A stretch of DNA of 43,925 bases from a virus. Each line of letters opens with the position of its first letter. Position 1 is the first letter of the stretch. The DNA is taken from positions 1-43,925 of IMG/VR virus record IMGVR_UViG_3300044771_000011; one strand, given 5' to 3'. The notes under the pieces were generated by a model that worked only from the letters and a program-made list of their open reading frames with translations, was not told the origin of the DNA and did not search any database. This document shows positions 31,362 to 39,536 of this stretch, piece after piece. A program made the translations under genes and the position numbers.

Positions 31362-32647
31362 TTGACTTGAATATGGAATCTCAAACTATAGCAGGAATGC
31401 TGAATAATCAAGAATGTCTAGATATTGGAGTTGCTGATTTAAAAGAAGAATGGATATTTGACTCTTTCTATCGGCAAGTGTTTAAAACTATTAAGGGGAT
31501 GTATTTAGACAGTAAGCCAGTAACGGCAAGTAGCGTTTATAAAGAAATGGGAGAGATTACGAAACAACGTGGTACAAGTTGGCTACTACTGAAAGAAGCT
31601 TTCTTTAGGAAATCAGATTTAGAATATAATATCCAAAAATTAAATGAGTTATACAAAACTAGAGAACTTGTTAAACTGTCTGAAAACATCATTCGTAGGG
31701 CTGATCAAAAAGAAAATGTTAGCGAACTACTAAAAGATATGGAGAATAGCCTTTATTCTCTCACAGTTAGCGCAGGACAAGAGAAAATAATTAGTCCTAA
31801 AGAATGTGCTAATCGGATGTTAAACACACTAGAAAAGCGAATGGAGAAAAAACAAGATAAGGCAATCAGTACCTCTTATGAAATGTTGAATTATGCAATT
31901 AACGGCGGTTTTAGACCGGAGCAAGGTCAGTTAGTGATAATTGCCGCTAAGACAGGCAAGGGGAAAACTGCTTATGCTATGAACTTGATGAGGGATATAG
32001 CAGTAGTGCAAAAACAAGAATCATTATATATAAACACTGAAATGTCAGATGAGCAAATGGATTGCAGATGGATGACGATAGCAACTCCTGATATTGATAT
32101 TACACATAGTAAAATTGCAACAGGTGAATTAACGGATGCAGAACAAACAAAAGTAATGGGTTCGATGGAAAAAATATATCAATCTGGGTTTAACTGCATT
32201 AATGTGCCTGACCTTAATATGACGAAATTAATATCTATTGCTAAACGGTTTAAATCCCAAAATAAAATGAAGGTTATGGTTGTTGACTACATAGGACGAA
32301 TGGATACAACAGATGCAAAAATGCCTGAACATTTAGTATTAAAGAACATAGCTAAAAAAATGAAAACTCTTGCACAGGAATTGAAAATAACAATTATAAT
32401 GCTGGCACAATTAAACGATGACGAAAAGTTAGAGGGTGCTAAAGCAATGAAAAATGAAACTGATTTATTCGCATACTTGAGAGAGGCGCAAGGCAATGAA
32501 CTACTAGATATTGCGCCATATAATTACTTTTTAATAATTGATAAAAATAGAGATGGTAAAAGCATGAAATTAAGATTAAAGTTCGTTGGTGACAAATTAA
32601 CATTTGTTGGTGAGAAATATTCAGAAGTAGTAGCGAGGAGGAATTAA
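31358..32647 (+). CDS. Replicative DNA helicase, DnaB type
   Basis: Walker A IIAAKTGKGKTAYAMN and Walker B MVVDYIGRM. 429 aa. ATGA overlap with the organiser gene. Confidence 0.8.
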   Translation: MIDLNMESQTIAGMLNNQECLDIGVADLKEEWIFDSFYRQVFKTIKGMYLDSKPVTASSVYKEMGEITKQRGTSWLLLKEAFFRKSDLEYNIQKLNELYKTRELVKLSENIIRRADQKENVSELLKDMENSLYSLTVSAGQEKIISPKECANRMLNTLEKRMEKKQDKAISTSYEMLNYAINGGFRPEQGQLVIIAAKTGKGKTAYAMNLMRDIAVVQKQESLYINTEMSDEQMDCRWMTIATPDIDITHSKIATGELTDAEQTKVMGSMEKIYQSGFNCINVPDLNMTKLISIAKRFKSQNKMKVMVVDYIGRMDTTDAKMPEHLVLKNIAKKMKTLAQELKITIIMLAQLNDDEKLEGAKAMKNETDLFAYLREAQGNELLDIAPYNYFLIIDKNRDGKSMKLRLKFVGDKLTFVGEKYSEVVARRN

Positions 32648-32648
32648 A

Positions 32649-32819
32649 GTGGACTGGCTAACTGACAATAAGAACCGTAGAGAGTTAGAGAAATTACAAG
32701 AAAAGCGTGCAACATTGATTATTGACGTAACCATAAATAATAAATACAGAAATACATACAAAGGCAAATTAAACAGAATTAATCAGGAAATTGAAACACT
32801 TTACAATGCAGGGGTGTAA
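32649..32819 (+). CDS. Hypothetical small protein (56 aa, GTG start)
   Basis: GAGGAGG lies 7 nt before the GTG. Confidence 0.35.
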   Translation: MDWLTDNKNRRELEKLQEKRATLIIDVTINNKYRNTYKGKLNRINQEIETLYNAGV

Positions 32820-32820
32820 C

Positions 32821-33114
32821 ATGGGACAACCTTTAAAGAAAAAGAAACAAACATCATATTTAAATAGTGAGTTTTTCCGTGATGGCGGATATAAACCAAC
32901 AGGAAGGCAATTTCCAGAACGTTATTATTCAGAATGTAAGACGATAGCAACAGACAAGGAGATGGCAGAAAACTTATTAGTTAGAGATGCAAGTAAAATA
33001 TATCCAATCAGGTGCAAGTTATCAGAAAGACCAAGCGTATTTTCTCTTAAAAAATCAATATTGGGGAGCCAAAATATGAGGATACAAGAAGTTAATTGGA
33101 TAATGAATTTCTAA
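32821..33114 (+). CDS. Hypothetical basic protein
   Basis: 97-aa ORF from ATG 32821, directly after the previous stop codon. The track's longer version starts inside the previous ORF. Confidence 0.4.
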   Translation: MGQPLKKKKQTSYLNSEFFRDGGYKPTGRQFPERYYSECKTIATDKEMAENLLVRDASKIYPIRCKLSERPSVFSLKKSILGSQNMRIQEVNWIMNF

Positions 33115-33125
33115 GGAGGTAAATC

Positions 33126-33314
33126 ATGCTTGATTGTGTAGTATTTGCAATTCTGGTCACAATCATAGTGTTCCTTGTGTTGATAATAGTCGTTATGAAC
33201 GCCATAGAGGTGGCTCTAAGACGAGAAATGGATCGAAGGTATACTGACATATGCAAAAGGATTTCCGAAGCGGGAAACGGGAAGAGAGGGGCGGTAAAAG
33301 AATGGAAGATATGA
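33126..33314 (+). CDS. Small membrane protein with a basic C-terminus
   Basis: TM segment VVFAILVTIIVFLVLIIVVM. AAGGAGG SD. Confidence 0.5.
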   Translation: MLDCVVFAILVTIIVFLVLIIVVMNAIEVALRREMDRRYTDICKRISEAGNGKRGAVKEWKI

Positions 33315-33490
33315 AAATTGCAGACTTTAATTTAGAGAAATCTAAAGAGATAGCTAATAAGTTTTCAGATGAGTATGGAAATCCTTACGTGGTGCTGAAA
33401 AATAATGGGTATCAAGTATGGTCGAAGTTTATGGCTGATAAATGCGGGCGTGACTATATTTGGAGTACGGAGGATGAAGACAATGTTTAA
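33302..33490 (+). CDS. Hypothetical protein
   Basis: ORF MEDMKIADFNLEK.... The start is uncertain (33251, 33302 or 33311). Confidence 0.4.
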   Translation: MEDMKIADFNLEKSKEIANKFSDEYGNPYVVLKNNGYQVWSKFMADKCGRDYIWSTEDEDNV

Positions 33491-33698
33491 AGGGTTTGTA
33501 TTTATCGTAAAAAGAAAAAAGATTTTACATTGCGGGTTCAAGGTAAGAATGGGAGACGGTATTAAAATAATTAGCGTTTGCAATAAAATTTGGCATATAG
33601 ATGATGAAACTTATGAAGATATGGCGGAACGAGTTACCTGTAAGCGTTGTTTGAAAATATTAGAAAAAGCTGATGAAAACGGAAAAATTAATTTGTGA
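33483..33698 (+). CDS. Hypothetical protein with Cys/His pairs
   Basis: GGAGGATGA SD before ATG 33483. Contains HCG...C...CKRC. Confidence 0.45.
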   Translation: MFKGFVFIVKRKKILHCGFKVRMGDGIKIISVCNKIWHIDDETYEDMAERVTCKRCLKILEKADENGKINL

Positions 33699-33709
33699 GG
33701 TGTAAGATA

Positions 33710-33856
33710 ATGGATAAATTAGATTTAGTAAAATTCTTACTAGCAGAAATAGATAAAGAGCAACATCCTAGTAAGGCAAGAATAAAAAGCAATATTTCAA
33801 AATGCAGACAATTGCTATTAGAGATAAGTAAGGAGGTTGCTCAACAAAATGCCTAG
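33710..33856 (+). CDS. Hypothetical small protein (48 aa)
   Basis: GTGAGGTG upstream. Below the track cutoff. Confidence 0.35.
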   Translation: MDKLDLVKFLLAEIDKEQHPSKARIKSNISKCRQLLLEISKEVAQQNA

Positions 33857-34037
33857 AGATGGAAATATATTACTAGATAAAATGAAACGCGAAGAAACCG
33901 AAGAAAGATTATCAAGCCTGACAGGCATAGAATTGATAATGCTACAAAATATGATAGTCCAATACATAGAAAAATCGGAAAGCATTGTTACAAAGTCTCG
34001 TTGGAATGAAATATTGTACAAGGTAGGTGGTGAATAG
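33849..34037 (+). CDS. Hypothetical protein
   Basis: 62-aa ORF. The SD AAGGAGG lies 13 nt upstream, which is long spacing. Confidence 0.4.
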   Translation: MPRDGNILLDKMKREETEERLSSLTGIELIMLQNMIVQYIEKSESIVTKSRWNEILYKVGGE

Positions 34038-34517
34038 ATGATATTGGCAATAGATCCTGGGAATGTTGAAAGTGCGTACGTAGTACTTGACCATGAATTA
34101 AGACCAATAGAGTTTGGTAAATGGAAAAATGAATTGCTTAATGAAAGTATGTTAGATATTGTTTATAGCCATAGAGTAAAGCATGTAGTGATTGAATGTA
34201 TCGCAAGTTACGGAATGGCAGTGGGACAAACTGTATTTGACACTTGTATATGGATAGGAAGATTCACGGAAACGGCATATAGTCATATAAACATTAAAAA
34301 AGTTACCTACATATACCGCAAGGATGAAAAGATTAATCTATGCGGCAGTATGAAGGCTAAGGACGGAAATATAAGACAAGCATTAATAGATCGGTTTGGT
34401 GTGGTAGGGACAAAGAAATCGCCAGGGTGGTTTCATGGAGTAAGTAAAGATGTGTGGAGCGCAATCGCCGTTGGAATAACATATCACGACATGTATTTAA
34501 ATAAAGAGGTGGTGTGA
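34038..34517 (+). CDS. RuvC-like Holliday-junction resolvase
   Basis: MILAIDPGNVESAYVVL...HVVIECIASYG...DVWSAIAV fits the catalytic D/E pattern of phage RuvC-fold resolvases. Confidence 0.6.
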   Translation: MILAIDPGNVESAYVVLDHELRPIEFGKWKNELLNESMLDIVYSHRVKHVVIECIASYGMAVGQTVFDTCIWIGRFTETAYSHINIKKVTYIYRKDEKINLCGSMKAKDGNIRQALIDRFGVVGTKKSPGWFHGVSKDVWSAIAVGITYHDMYLNKEVV

Positions 34518-34519
34518 TA

Positions 34520-34897
34520 ATGGATATTAAAAGAGCAATATTTTTACTGGACAATAGTAATTTGACAGACGAAAGTTTTAGAGATATTAAAGGGTTGTTG
34601 ACGGAATTGGGACAGCGCAGAGAATCGGATCTCAGACCGGCAAATAAGTTTTTAAGGAATAGTAAACTTGGACAATTTGCACATATGGCGAACGAATTAA
34701 TAGAAATCAACGATGAGTTATTTAATAATAGTAATATTGATATAGAAAAAGTAACAGAAGAGATTGTAGACTTACAAATGTCGTGCGAAACAATGCTTGC
34801 AATTTTTGGATTAGACGAACAACAGCGAATGTCGGCAAGGCGTAAGGTGGTCGAGAAAAATGAAAAAAGAGGATATTATGAGGACGGTGGTAAGTAA
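34520..34897 (+). CDS. Hypothetical protein (possible all-alpha MazG-like NTP pyrophosphohydrolase)
   Basis: AAAGAGGTGGTG SD before ATG 34520. Weak resemblance through EEIVDLQMSCETMLAIFGLD...KNEKRGYY. Confidence 0.3.
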   Translation: MDIKRAIFLLDNSNLTDESFRDIKGLLTELGQRRESDLRPANKFLRNSKLGQFAHMANELIEINDELFNNSNIDIEKVTEEIVDLQMSCETMLAIFGLDEQQRMSARRKVVEKNEKRGYYEDGGK

Positions 34898-35052
34898 TGG
34901 CTAAATGCGACAGTTGTAGTCTACTTAATAAGAGAGTTAATGGCAGGAACATAATGTGTAAGGATCGCGGTATGGCGCATCAGCGGAGAGAAATTTGTAA
35001 TAAGTATAAATGTAAGGATAAGACTTGGGATGAATTGTCGTGGTGTGACTAG
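34897..35052 (+). CDS. Small Cys-rich protein (51 aa)
   Basis: TAATG overlap with the previous gene. Contains CDSC...C...C..YKC...WC. Confidence 0.35.
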   Translation: MAKCDSCSLLNKRVNGRNIMCKDRGMAHQRREICNKYKCKDKTWDELSWCD

Positions 35053-35143
35053 TGGTTAAATTTATAGGTTACGTTGTTTTTTTTATATCTCTAACGGTGA
35101 TAATCGGAATTAGCAAGTAACTAATAGAAAGGGTGTGTGAAGT

Positions 35144-35320
35144 GTGAAGGCTAAAAGATTAGTTATGATCTCTAAATATGGCAATGATTTTAATAAAAAA
35201 TATAAAAGAAATTATAACAATGCAGTTAAAACAAAAAGAAGTATACAAAAAGATAGAGCATATGAATTAACATTTGATTATTACTGTAGAGAGATGATTG
35301 ATTTTTGGGACGCATTATAA
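35144..35320 (+). CDS. Small basic protein (58 aa, GTG start)
   Basis: AAAGGGTG upstream. K/R/N-rich. Confidence 0.3.
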   Translation: MKAKRLVMISKYGNDFNKKYKRNYNNAVKTKRSIQKDRAYELTFDYYCREMIDFWDAL

Positions 35321-35361
35321 GCATCCCCAGCAAGTAATTATTTAATACATAGGAGGTAACT

Positions 35362-35715
35362 ATGGGACAATCTTATGATGGTATGGTTCATGAAAGCATT
35401 ATCCATATAAAAGACAAGCAAGGAACAATAACTAAATCATTAACGTTGCAAGTTGATGTTAATTTATTAAAAGCAAAAATGTTTCCACAAGAGTTTATGG
35501 AAAAAGAAACAGAAAAAATACTGCAAAAAGAAACAGAAGTTATATTTCAAGAAGGTAATGAACATAAGTATAACTTTAAATTTAATAATGACAATACATT
35601 TAAAATAGGTGTAGTTTCAATGCTTGTGTCTATAAGTAAAGGTGAGAAACCTATAATACCTATGATTGTAAGTGATTACATAATCGAAGATCACGGATTT
35701 ATCAAAACAGTATAA
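35362..35715 (+). CDS. Hypothetical protein
   Basis: 117 aa with an ATAGGAGGTAACT SD context. Confidence 0.55.
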   Translation: MGQSYDGMVHESIIHIKDKQGTITKSLTLQVDVNLLKAKMFPQEFMEKETEKILQKETEVIFQEGNEHKYNFKFNNDNTFKIGVVSMLVSISKGEKPIIPMIVSDYIIEDHGFIKTV

Positions 35716-35727
35716 TAGGAGGTAGCT

Positions 35728-35946
35728 ATGTTCAGTTGGTTTAAAAGACCTATAAAAAATATTATTAATATTGGAGATAAGGTGCTATTCAACGAAATGA
35801 CGACAAGAGATTGCAACAATATGTCGTACGATAATTTATATAAAGGCGTAGTTATTAGTAAAAAGAGTGGTAGATATGCAATTAAACGCGATAATGGAAG
35901 CATGGTCATGAAAAACAGTTATGATGTATTCAAGGATAATGAATAA
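35728..35946 (+). CDS. Hypothetical protein
   Basis: 72 aa with a nearly identical ATAGGAGGTAGCT SD context. Confidence 0.55.
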   Translation: MFSWFKRPIKNIINIGDKVLFNEMTTRDCNNMSYDNLYKGVVISKKSGRYAIKRDNGSMVMKNSYDVFKDNE

Positions 35947-35957
35947 GGAGGTAGTGT

Positions 35958-36395
35958 ATGACTAAATTATATACTGATAACGAGGTCGAAATTATCCTCA
36001 GATCTTATCCACGCTTAAAGTCACAGGCAAGCATAGAAGAAGAACAACTATTCGGATTATTTCCGTCAATGACGGCTAGTTATGAAGGTATGCCCCACGG
36101 ATCAGGCATTAGCAACCAAACTGCGAATCTGGGTGTTAAACGTGCGAGCATACCGCAAACTAGTAGGCAAGTTAGAGCCATAGAGTTAGCATATAATGCA
36201 TTGACAAGTGAATGCAAGGAATTAGTTGATTTGTTTTATTACCAACGATTAAAAAAATATGAAGTGCAAAGTAAAATGTCGATTAGTGATGAGCAATTTA
36301 GGTTTAGAAAGAGAGATTCGCTCAATTCTATTAATGAAATACTGTCAACAACAAAACAACAACAAAACAACAGTATTTTAACAAATGTTGGCTAA
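35958..36395 (+). CDS. arpU: ArpU-family late transcription regulator (sigma region-4-like)
   Basis: The last early gene before packaging. ILRSYPRLK...GMPHGSGISNQT...RAIELAYNALTSECKELVDLFY matches the ArpU/RinA-type layout. Confidence 0.55.
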   Translation: MTKLYTDNEVEIILRSYPRLKSQASIEEEQLFGLFPSMTASYEGMPHGSGISNQTANLGVKRASIPQTSRQVRAIELAYNALTSECKELVDLFYYQRLKKYEVQSKMSISDEQFRFRKRDSLNSINEILSTTKQQQNNSILTNVG

Positions 36396-36507
36396 ATAAA
36401 GGGTTATACTAATATCGTAGAGAGTGTTCCCCACTCAAATGCATTGTTTAATAAAACCTTGCGGTGTATAGGAAAACCGTTTACGAGGGAAACCTCGGAA
36501 TATTATG

Positions 36508-36536
36508 GCAGGCTCTTAGTGAGTCTGCTTTTCTTT
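36508..36536 (+). terminator. Rho-independent terminator after the ArpU-like gene
   Basis: GCAGGCTC, 5-nt loop, GAGTCTGC (one G-U pair), then TTTTCTTT. Preceded by a CGAGG-GAAA-CCTCG hairpin. Confidence 0.6.
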
Positions 36537-36540
36537 ATAT

Positions 36541-36569
36541 AAAAAAAGAACCGCCACTTAAGGCGATTC
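36541..36569 (-). terminator. Terminator of the - strand micro-operon
   Basis: On the - strand: GAATCGCC...GGCGGTTC stem followed by T7. Confidence 0.5.
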
Positions 36570-36643
36570 CGTATATGCTATATTATTTTATTTGTCGTAA
36601 TTGCACATCATTGAAATTTACTCTTAGCGTTAACCTTTCAAGA

Positions 36644-36724
36644 TTATTTTCTATGGTCTGCAATTGACTGTTTTATTTCAGCCTGTCCTTCTAGTATTTG
36701 TTTTAATAATTCTTCCACGTTCAT
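36644..36724 (-). CDS. Micro-ORF (26 aa), translationally coupled
   Basis: ATGA overlap with the upstream RHH gene. Peptide MNVEELLKQILEGQAEIKQSIADHRK. Confidence 0.25.
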   Translation of the reverse strand: MNVEELLKQILEGQAEIKQSIADHRK

Positions 36725-36981
36725 TCCCCCTGTTGATTTATTATAGTATTATTTAATTTAATATCTTTAGTCAGCAAAGTTAAATACCTTCTCGTCTCGT
36801 GTGATGGGTCAGTACCATTTTCAGCGCACCATATTTCAAACTTTTCTTTCAGTTCTGGTGATATGCGGATGTTTAGGCGTGTTTCTTTTTGCGTTATGGG
36901 ATTATTATTACAATCTTTATTATAGTTGACTAATGAGCATGTCGAACAGTTTTCGTTATTTTGGGTGCAGTATAGTTTCAT
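36721..36981 (-). CDS. Cys-rich N-terminus plus a ribbon-helix-helix DNA-binding protein
   Basis: CTQNNENCSTCS...C, then TRLNIRISPELKEKFEIWCAENGTDPSHETRRYLTLL (RHH pattern). Starts at ATG 36981. Confidence 0.55.
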   Translation of the reverse strand: MKLYCTQNNENCSTCSLVNYNKDCNNNPITQKETRLNIRISPELKEKFEIWCAENGTDPSHETRRYLTLLTKDIKLNNTIINQQGE

Positions 36982-36982
36982 A

Positions 36983-37126
36983 TTAAAATACTTCCTCTTG
37001 ATTAACTGCAAAACTTTCTGTATTTTCTTTTGCTTTTTTAATTCTAACTTCTGATTCTTTAGTATCTTGATTTTTTATTTCTTCCCATGCTTCAATTGTA
37101 AATAATTGTTCAAATTCATTTTTCAT
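36983..37126 (-). CDS. Small acidic protein (47 aa), first gene of the - strand micro-operon
   Basis: AAGGAG lies 8 nt upstream. Its stop codon lies 1 nt before the next ATG. Confidence 0.4.
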   Translation of the reverse strand: MKNEFEQLFTIEAWEEIKNQDTKESEVRIKKAKENTESFAVNQEEVF

Positions 37127-37182
37127 TTTAAACGCTCCTTTTGGTTAGTTGCTATTTTGCAACTGCAACCTTGATTAATCTT

Positions 37183-37211
37183 ATTGTACACCCATTGGGA
37201 TGACGTGTCAA
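37183..37211 (-). promoter_or_regulatory. Near-consensus promoter of the - strand micro-operon
   Basis: On the - strand: TTGACA, 17 nt, TACAAT. The 5-prime UTR carries an imperfect palindrome GGTTAGTTGC...GCAACTGCAACC. Confidence 0.65.
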
Positions 37212-37493
37212 GAGTTTATTTAATATATTTTAAATTTGTTTTTAAATGCTGAAAACAGGCAATTACTGCGCGCTAACTGATGTATTTCAGAGTAGTTGTT
37301 TGTTTTGGGTGTTTAATAATTAATAGATAGGATGATTGTTATAGAGTTTATTATTTGTATGTGTTTAATAGTAGGGTTAAATTGGTTGGCTTATAAATGG
37401 GGATAGGATAGTATAGACAAGGTAAATTAAAACGCTTATACGCGAAGTATGGACGTTGTATTTGATTATAATAATATGAAATGAGGTGATTAT

Positions 37494-37898
37494 ATGGATA
37501 AGAGTACCAAAAGACCTGATATGATAGGTAATAAGTTTGGAGTAGGGAATAAAGGTGGAAGACCTAGGAAATTTCAAGATCCTGCTGCTTTCGATAGAAT
37601 GGTTGATGAGTTCTTTAATATGTGCGAAGAAACAGGGAAGAAGCCTACAATTGAACATTTAGCTGTTTATATGGGTACTAATGATGAGACGTTACATGAT
37701 TACTCTGAAATAAAGGAGTATTCTGGATCTTATAAGAAAGCAAAAGAGAGATGCTTGAACTGGCTCATATCAAATGGTCTAGAAGCACGTAACCCTGCAA
37801 TGCACATATTCCTAGCAAAGAATAACTACGGCTATAAAGATAAACATGAAATTGATAATAATCTATCCGGAGGCGTTACTATCAAATGGGAAGAATAG
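37494..37898 (+). CDS. terS: Terminase small subunit (gp3-type DNA-packaging protein)
   Basis: NKGGRPRKFQDPAAFDRMVDEFFNMCEETGKKPTIEHLAVYMG...ETLHDY is typical of the small-terminase HTH family. GAGGTGA SD. Confidence 0.65.
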   Translation: MDKSTKRPDMIGNKFGVGNKGGRPRKFQDPAAFDRMVDEFFNMCEETGKKPTIEHLAVYMGTNDETLHDYSEIKEYSGSYKKAKERCLNWLISNGLEARNPAMHIFLAKNNYGYKDKHEIDNNLSGGVTIKWEE

Positions 37899-37927
37899 TT
37901 GATAAATATACAGCAATCATGTATAAA
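37899..37927 (+). promoter_or_regulatory. Candidate promoter directly after terS
   Basis: TTGATA, 17 nt, TATAAA. It is followed by about 400 nt without a convincing ORF. Confidence 0.4.
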
Positions 37928-38331
37928 CATATCAAATATAGCTGAATATGATGGATAATTTACATAGTTCGTACGTGTAAACCTGCAAAGGTGCGCAAAT
38001 GCTCGATTGTCTAGTTTACAGAAGAAAGGTTATCGGACTCAAACATGTGTTTGGTTATGAATATTACGGTGTGGATAGCGACACACACTATGACTTATGG
38101 TCATCAATGATGGGTTGATAGATGGTTGCCTTGGTAGACTACTATTCCTGTCAGCATTCATAATAAACAAGGGGTGGTGGTGGGGGCATACCCCAAACTT
38201 TTGTGTCGTGTCATGTCATGGTACCAACACACAAATTTTTTAACAAAAAAGCGACTCAATCCATAATCATTATTAATTACAATATCTATCCTAAAATTTA
38301 ATTTTTTATTATAAAAAGCGATGTTGATAAT

Positions 38332-38502
38332 ATGGCAATAAACCATATTTGTGAAGAATTAAAACTTCTTATTAAATCAGGAGATATAGAAGAGATTATA
38401 AAACATAGTGATGAATGGCAAGTTTCATTTTTTGGTTGTGAAGGTTATGAATCATTAAGAGTAACGCATTGCCCATATTGTGGAGTAAAATCAACGGATT
38501 AA
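38332..38502 (+). CDS. Small zinc-ribbon-like protein (56 aa)
   Basis: ICEELK...FFGCEGYESLRVTHCPYCG. Weak SD. Confidence 0.3.
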   Translation: MAINHICEELKLLIKSGDIEEIIKHSDEWQVSFFGCEGYESLRVTHCPYCGVKSTD

Positions 38503-38576
38503 GACTAAGAGGGACAACTTCCCCAAAAAACACCTTTGAATCCTTATGTAGCATGGGTTAGAGGGGTGTCAGTGCG

Positions 38577-38629
38577 AGTACGCCCGGCGTACTTTCAACC
38601 CCCTTATAAGTACGCCCCACGTACTTTCA
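38577..38629 (+). repeat. Two 21-bp repeats, each itself an inverted repeat, 32 bp apart, upstream of the RepL-like gene
   Basis: AGTACGCCCGGCGTACTTTCA (38577-38597) and AGTACGCCCCACGTACTTTCA (38609-38629). The core is AGTACG-N5-CGTACT. Confidence 0.8.
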
Positions 38630-38650
38630 TTTAGCAAAAGAGGTGATTTG

Positions 38651-39151
38651 TTGAGTAAAACTGGTCGTATTGTTGATGATGATGGTGTTATTATTGGTTC
38701 AATTAATGAAGGTGATAAGATTATTCGTAAAGCCAGTATTGAGTATTTACAAGATACCGAGATATGGAAGATTGAGCATTTTTATAAAGGGAATATAAGC
38801 GAGATAAGAAAACAACTTGAAGACCTCTCTATATATGAGAAGTCTTTTTTATTTTGCATTGCTACTTATGTTGGTTACGAGGATTGCTGTATTAAACATG
38901 ATAATGGTGTTTGTTTTGGGTTTGATGATCTTGTTAAACTAACGCGTATGAGTAGGGAAAAGACACTTAATACAATTAATAGTCTTATTAGATCAGATGT
39001 TATTTACAAAGGTAAGAATAGCAAAGGATTACAGTATTTCGTTAATCCTTGGTTATTTTGTAAAGGTAATAGAATTAATACAGTATTGAAAACGATGTTT
39101 AAAAACTACCGTATAAAGGTTAAAAACGAAATGAAATGGAGCGAATTATAA
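38651..39151 (+). CDS. RepL-like (Firmicute plasmid replication protein family) winged-helix protein
   Basis: The layout and motifs IVDDDGVIIG..., LSIYEKSFLFCIATYV, TRMSREKTLNTINSLIRSDVIYK and YFVNPWLFCKGN resemble pSN2/pE194-type RepL. TTG start 5 nt after AGAGGTGA. Confidence 0.45.
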   Translation: MSKTGRIVDDDGVIIGSINEGDKIIRKASIEYLQDTEIWKIEHFYKGNISEIRKQLEDLSIYEKSFLFCIATYVGYEDCCIKHDNGVCFGFDDLVKLTRMSREKTLNTINSLIRSDVIYKGKNSKGLQYFVNPWLFCKGNRINTVLKTMFKNYRIKVKNEMKWSEL

Positions 39152-39152
39152 A

Positions 39153-39524
39153 ATGAAAACAAATAAATATAAAGAAATTGCCCAATTATTATCTAGTCAT
39201 AAACAAAGGAAAAGAGGCAAAACAACTGCTATCTGTTATGGAGCAAAGGCGATAGATGCTACGGTTATTTGCGACAACAATTATCAATCTAGAATAATTA
39301 GTGACAAGTTTAATGTTGCAACGGTAAGAATTAATGATTTGGATAGTTTAAGAGGTAGTAATAAACCATTTTTATTAGAACATTATGTTATTGAAACTCT
39401 TCTTAATGAAGCTGGTAATAGAATTATTGAACTAGAAAAGGAAATAGAAGATTTAAAGAAAGATAAAACTGAAAATGTGGCGGAATTACCAAACGGTATA
39501 ATTATTAGTTTTTCAACATTCTAA
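39153..39524 (+). CDS. Hypothetical protein with a P-loop-like RGKTTA motif and a C-terminal coiled coil
   Basis: 123-aa ORF abutting the RepL-like gene. No family recognised. Confidence 0.45.
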   Translation: MKTNKYKEIAQLLSSHKQRKRGKTTAICYGAKAIDATVICDNNYQSRIISDKFNVATVRINDLDSLRGSNKPFLLEHYVIETLLNEAGNRIIELEKEIEDLKKDKTENVAELPNGIIISFSTF

Positions 39525-39536
39525 GGATGTGTAATA

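Noticed and set aside
36464-36667. 67-aa + strand ORF after the ArpU-like gene
   Set aside because: It starts at a GTG without an SD, runs straight through the two convergent terminators, and lies antisense to the - strand micro-ORF. It is most likely noncoding.
37999-38118. 39-codon ORF whose end (DTHYDLWSSMMG) faintly resembles the N-terminal T.TY..W..M..RC motif of the 27467-27880 endonuclease-associated family (possible gene remnant)
   Set aside because: The similarity covers only about 10 residues and cannot be distinguished from chance by eye. I keep it only as a hint that the insert may contain decayed mobile-gene DNA.
38158-38346. 62-aa - strand ORF in the terS-terL insert
   Set aside because: It has no SD or promoter, it overlaps hairpin and T-run sequence, and its composition is odd. 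I treat it as spurious.
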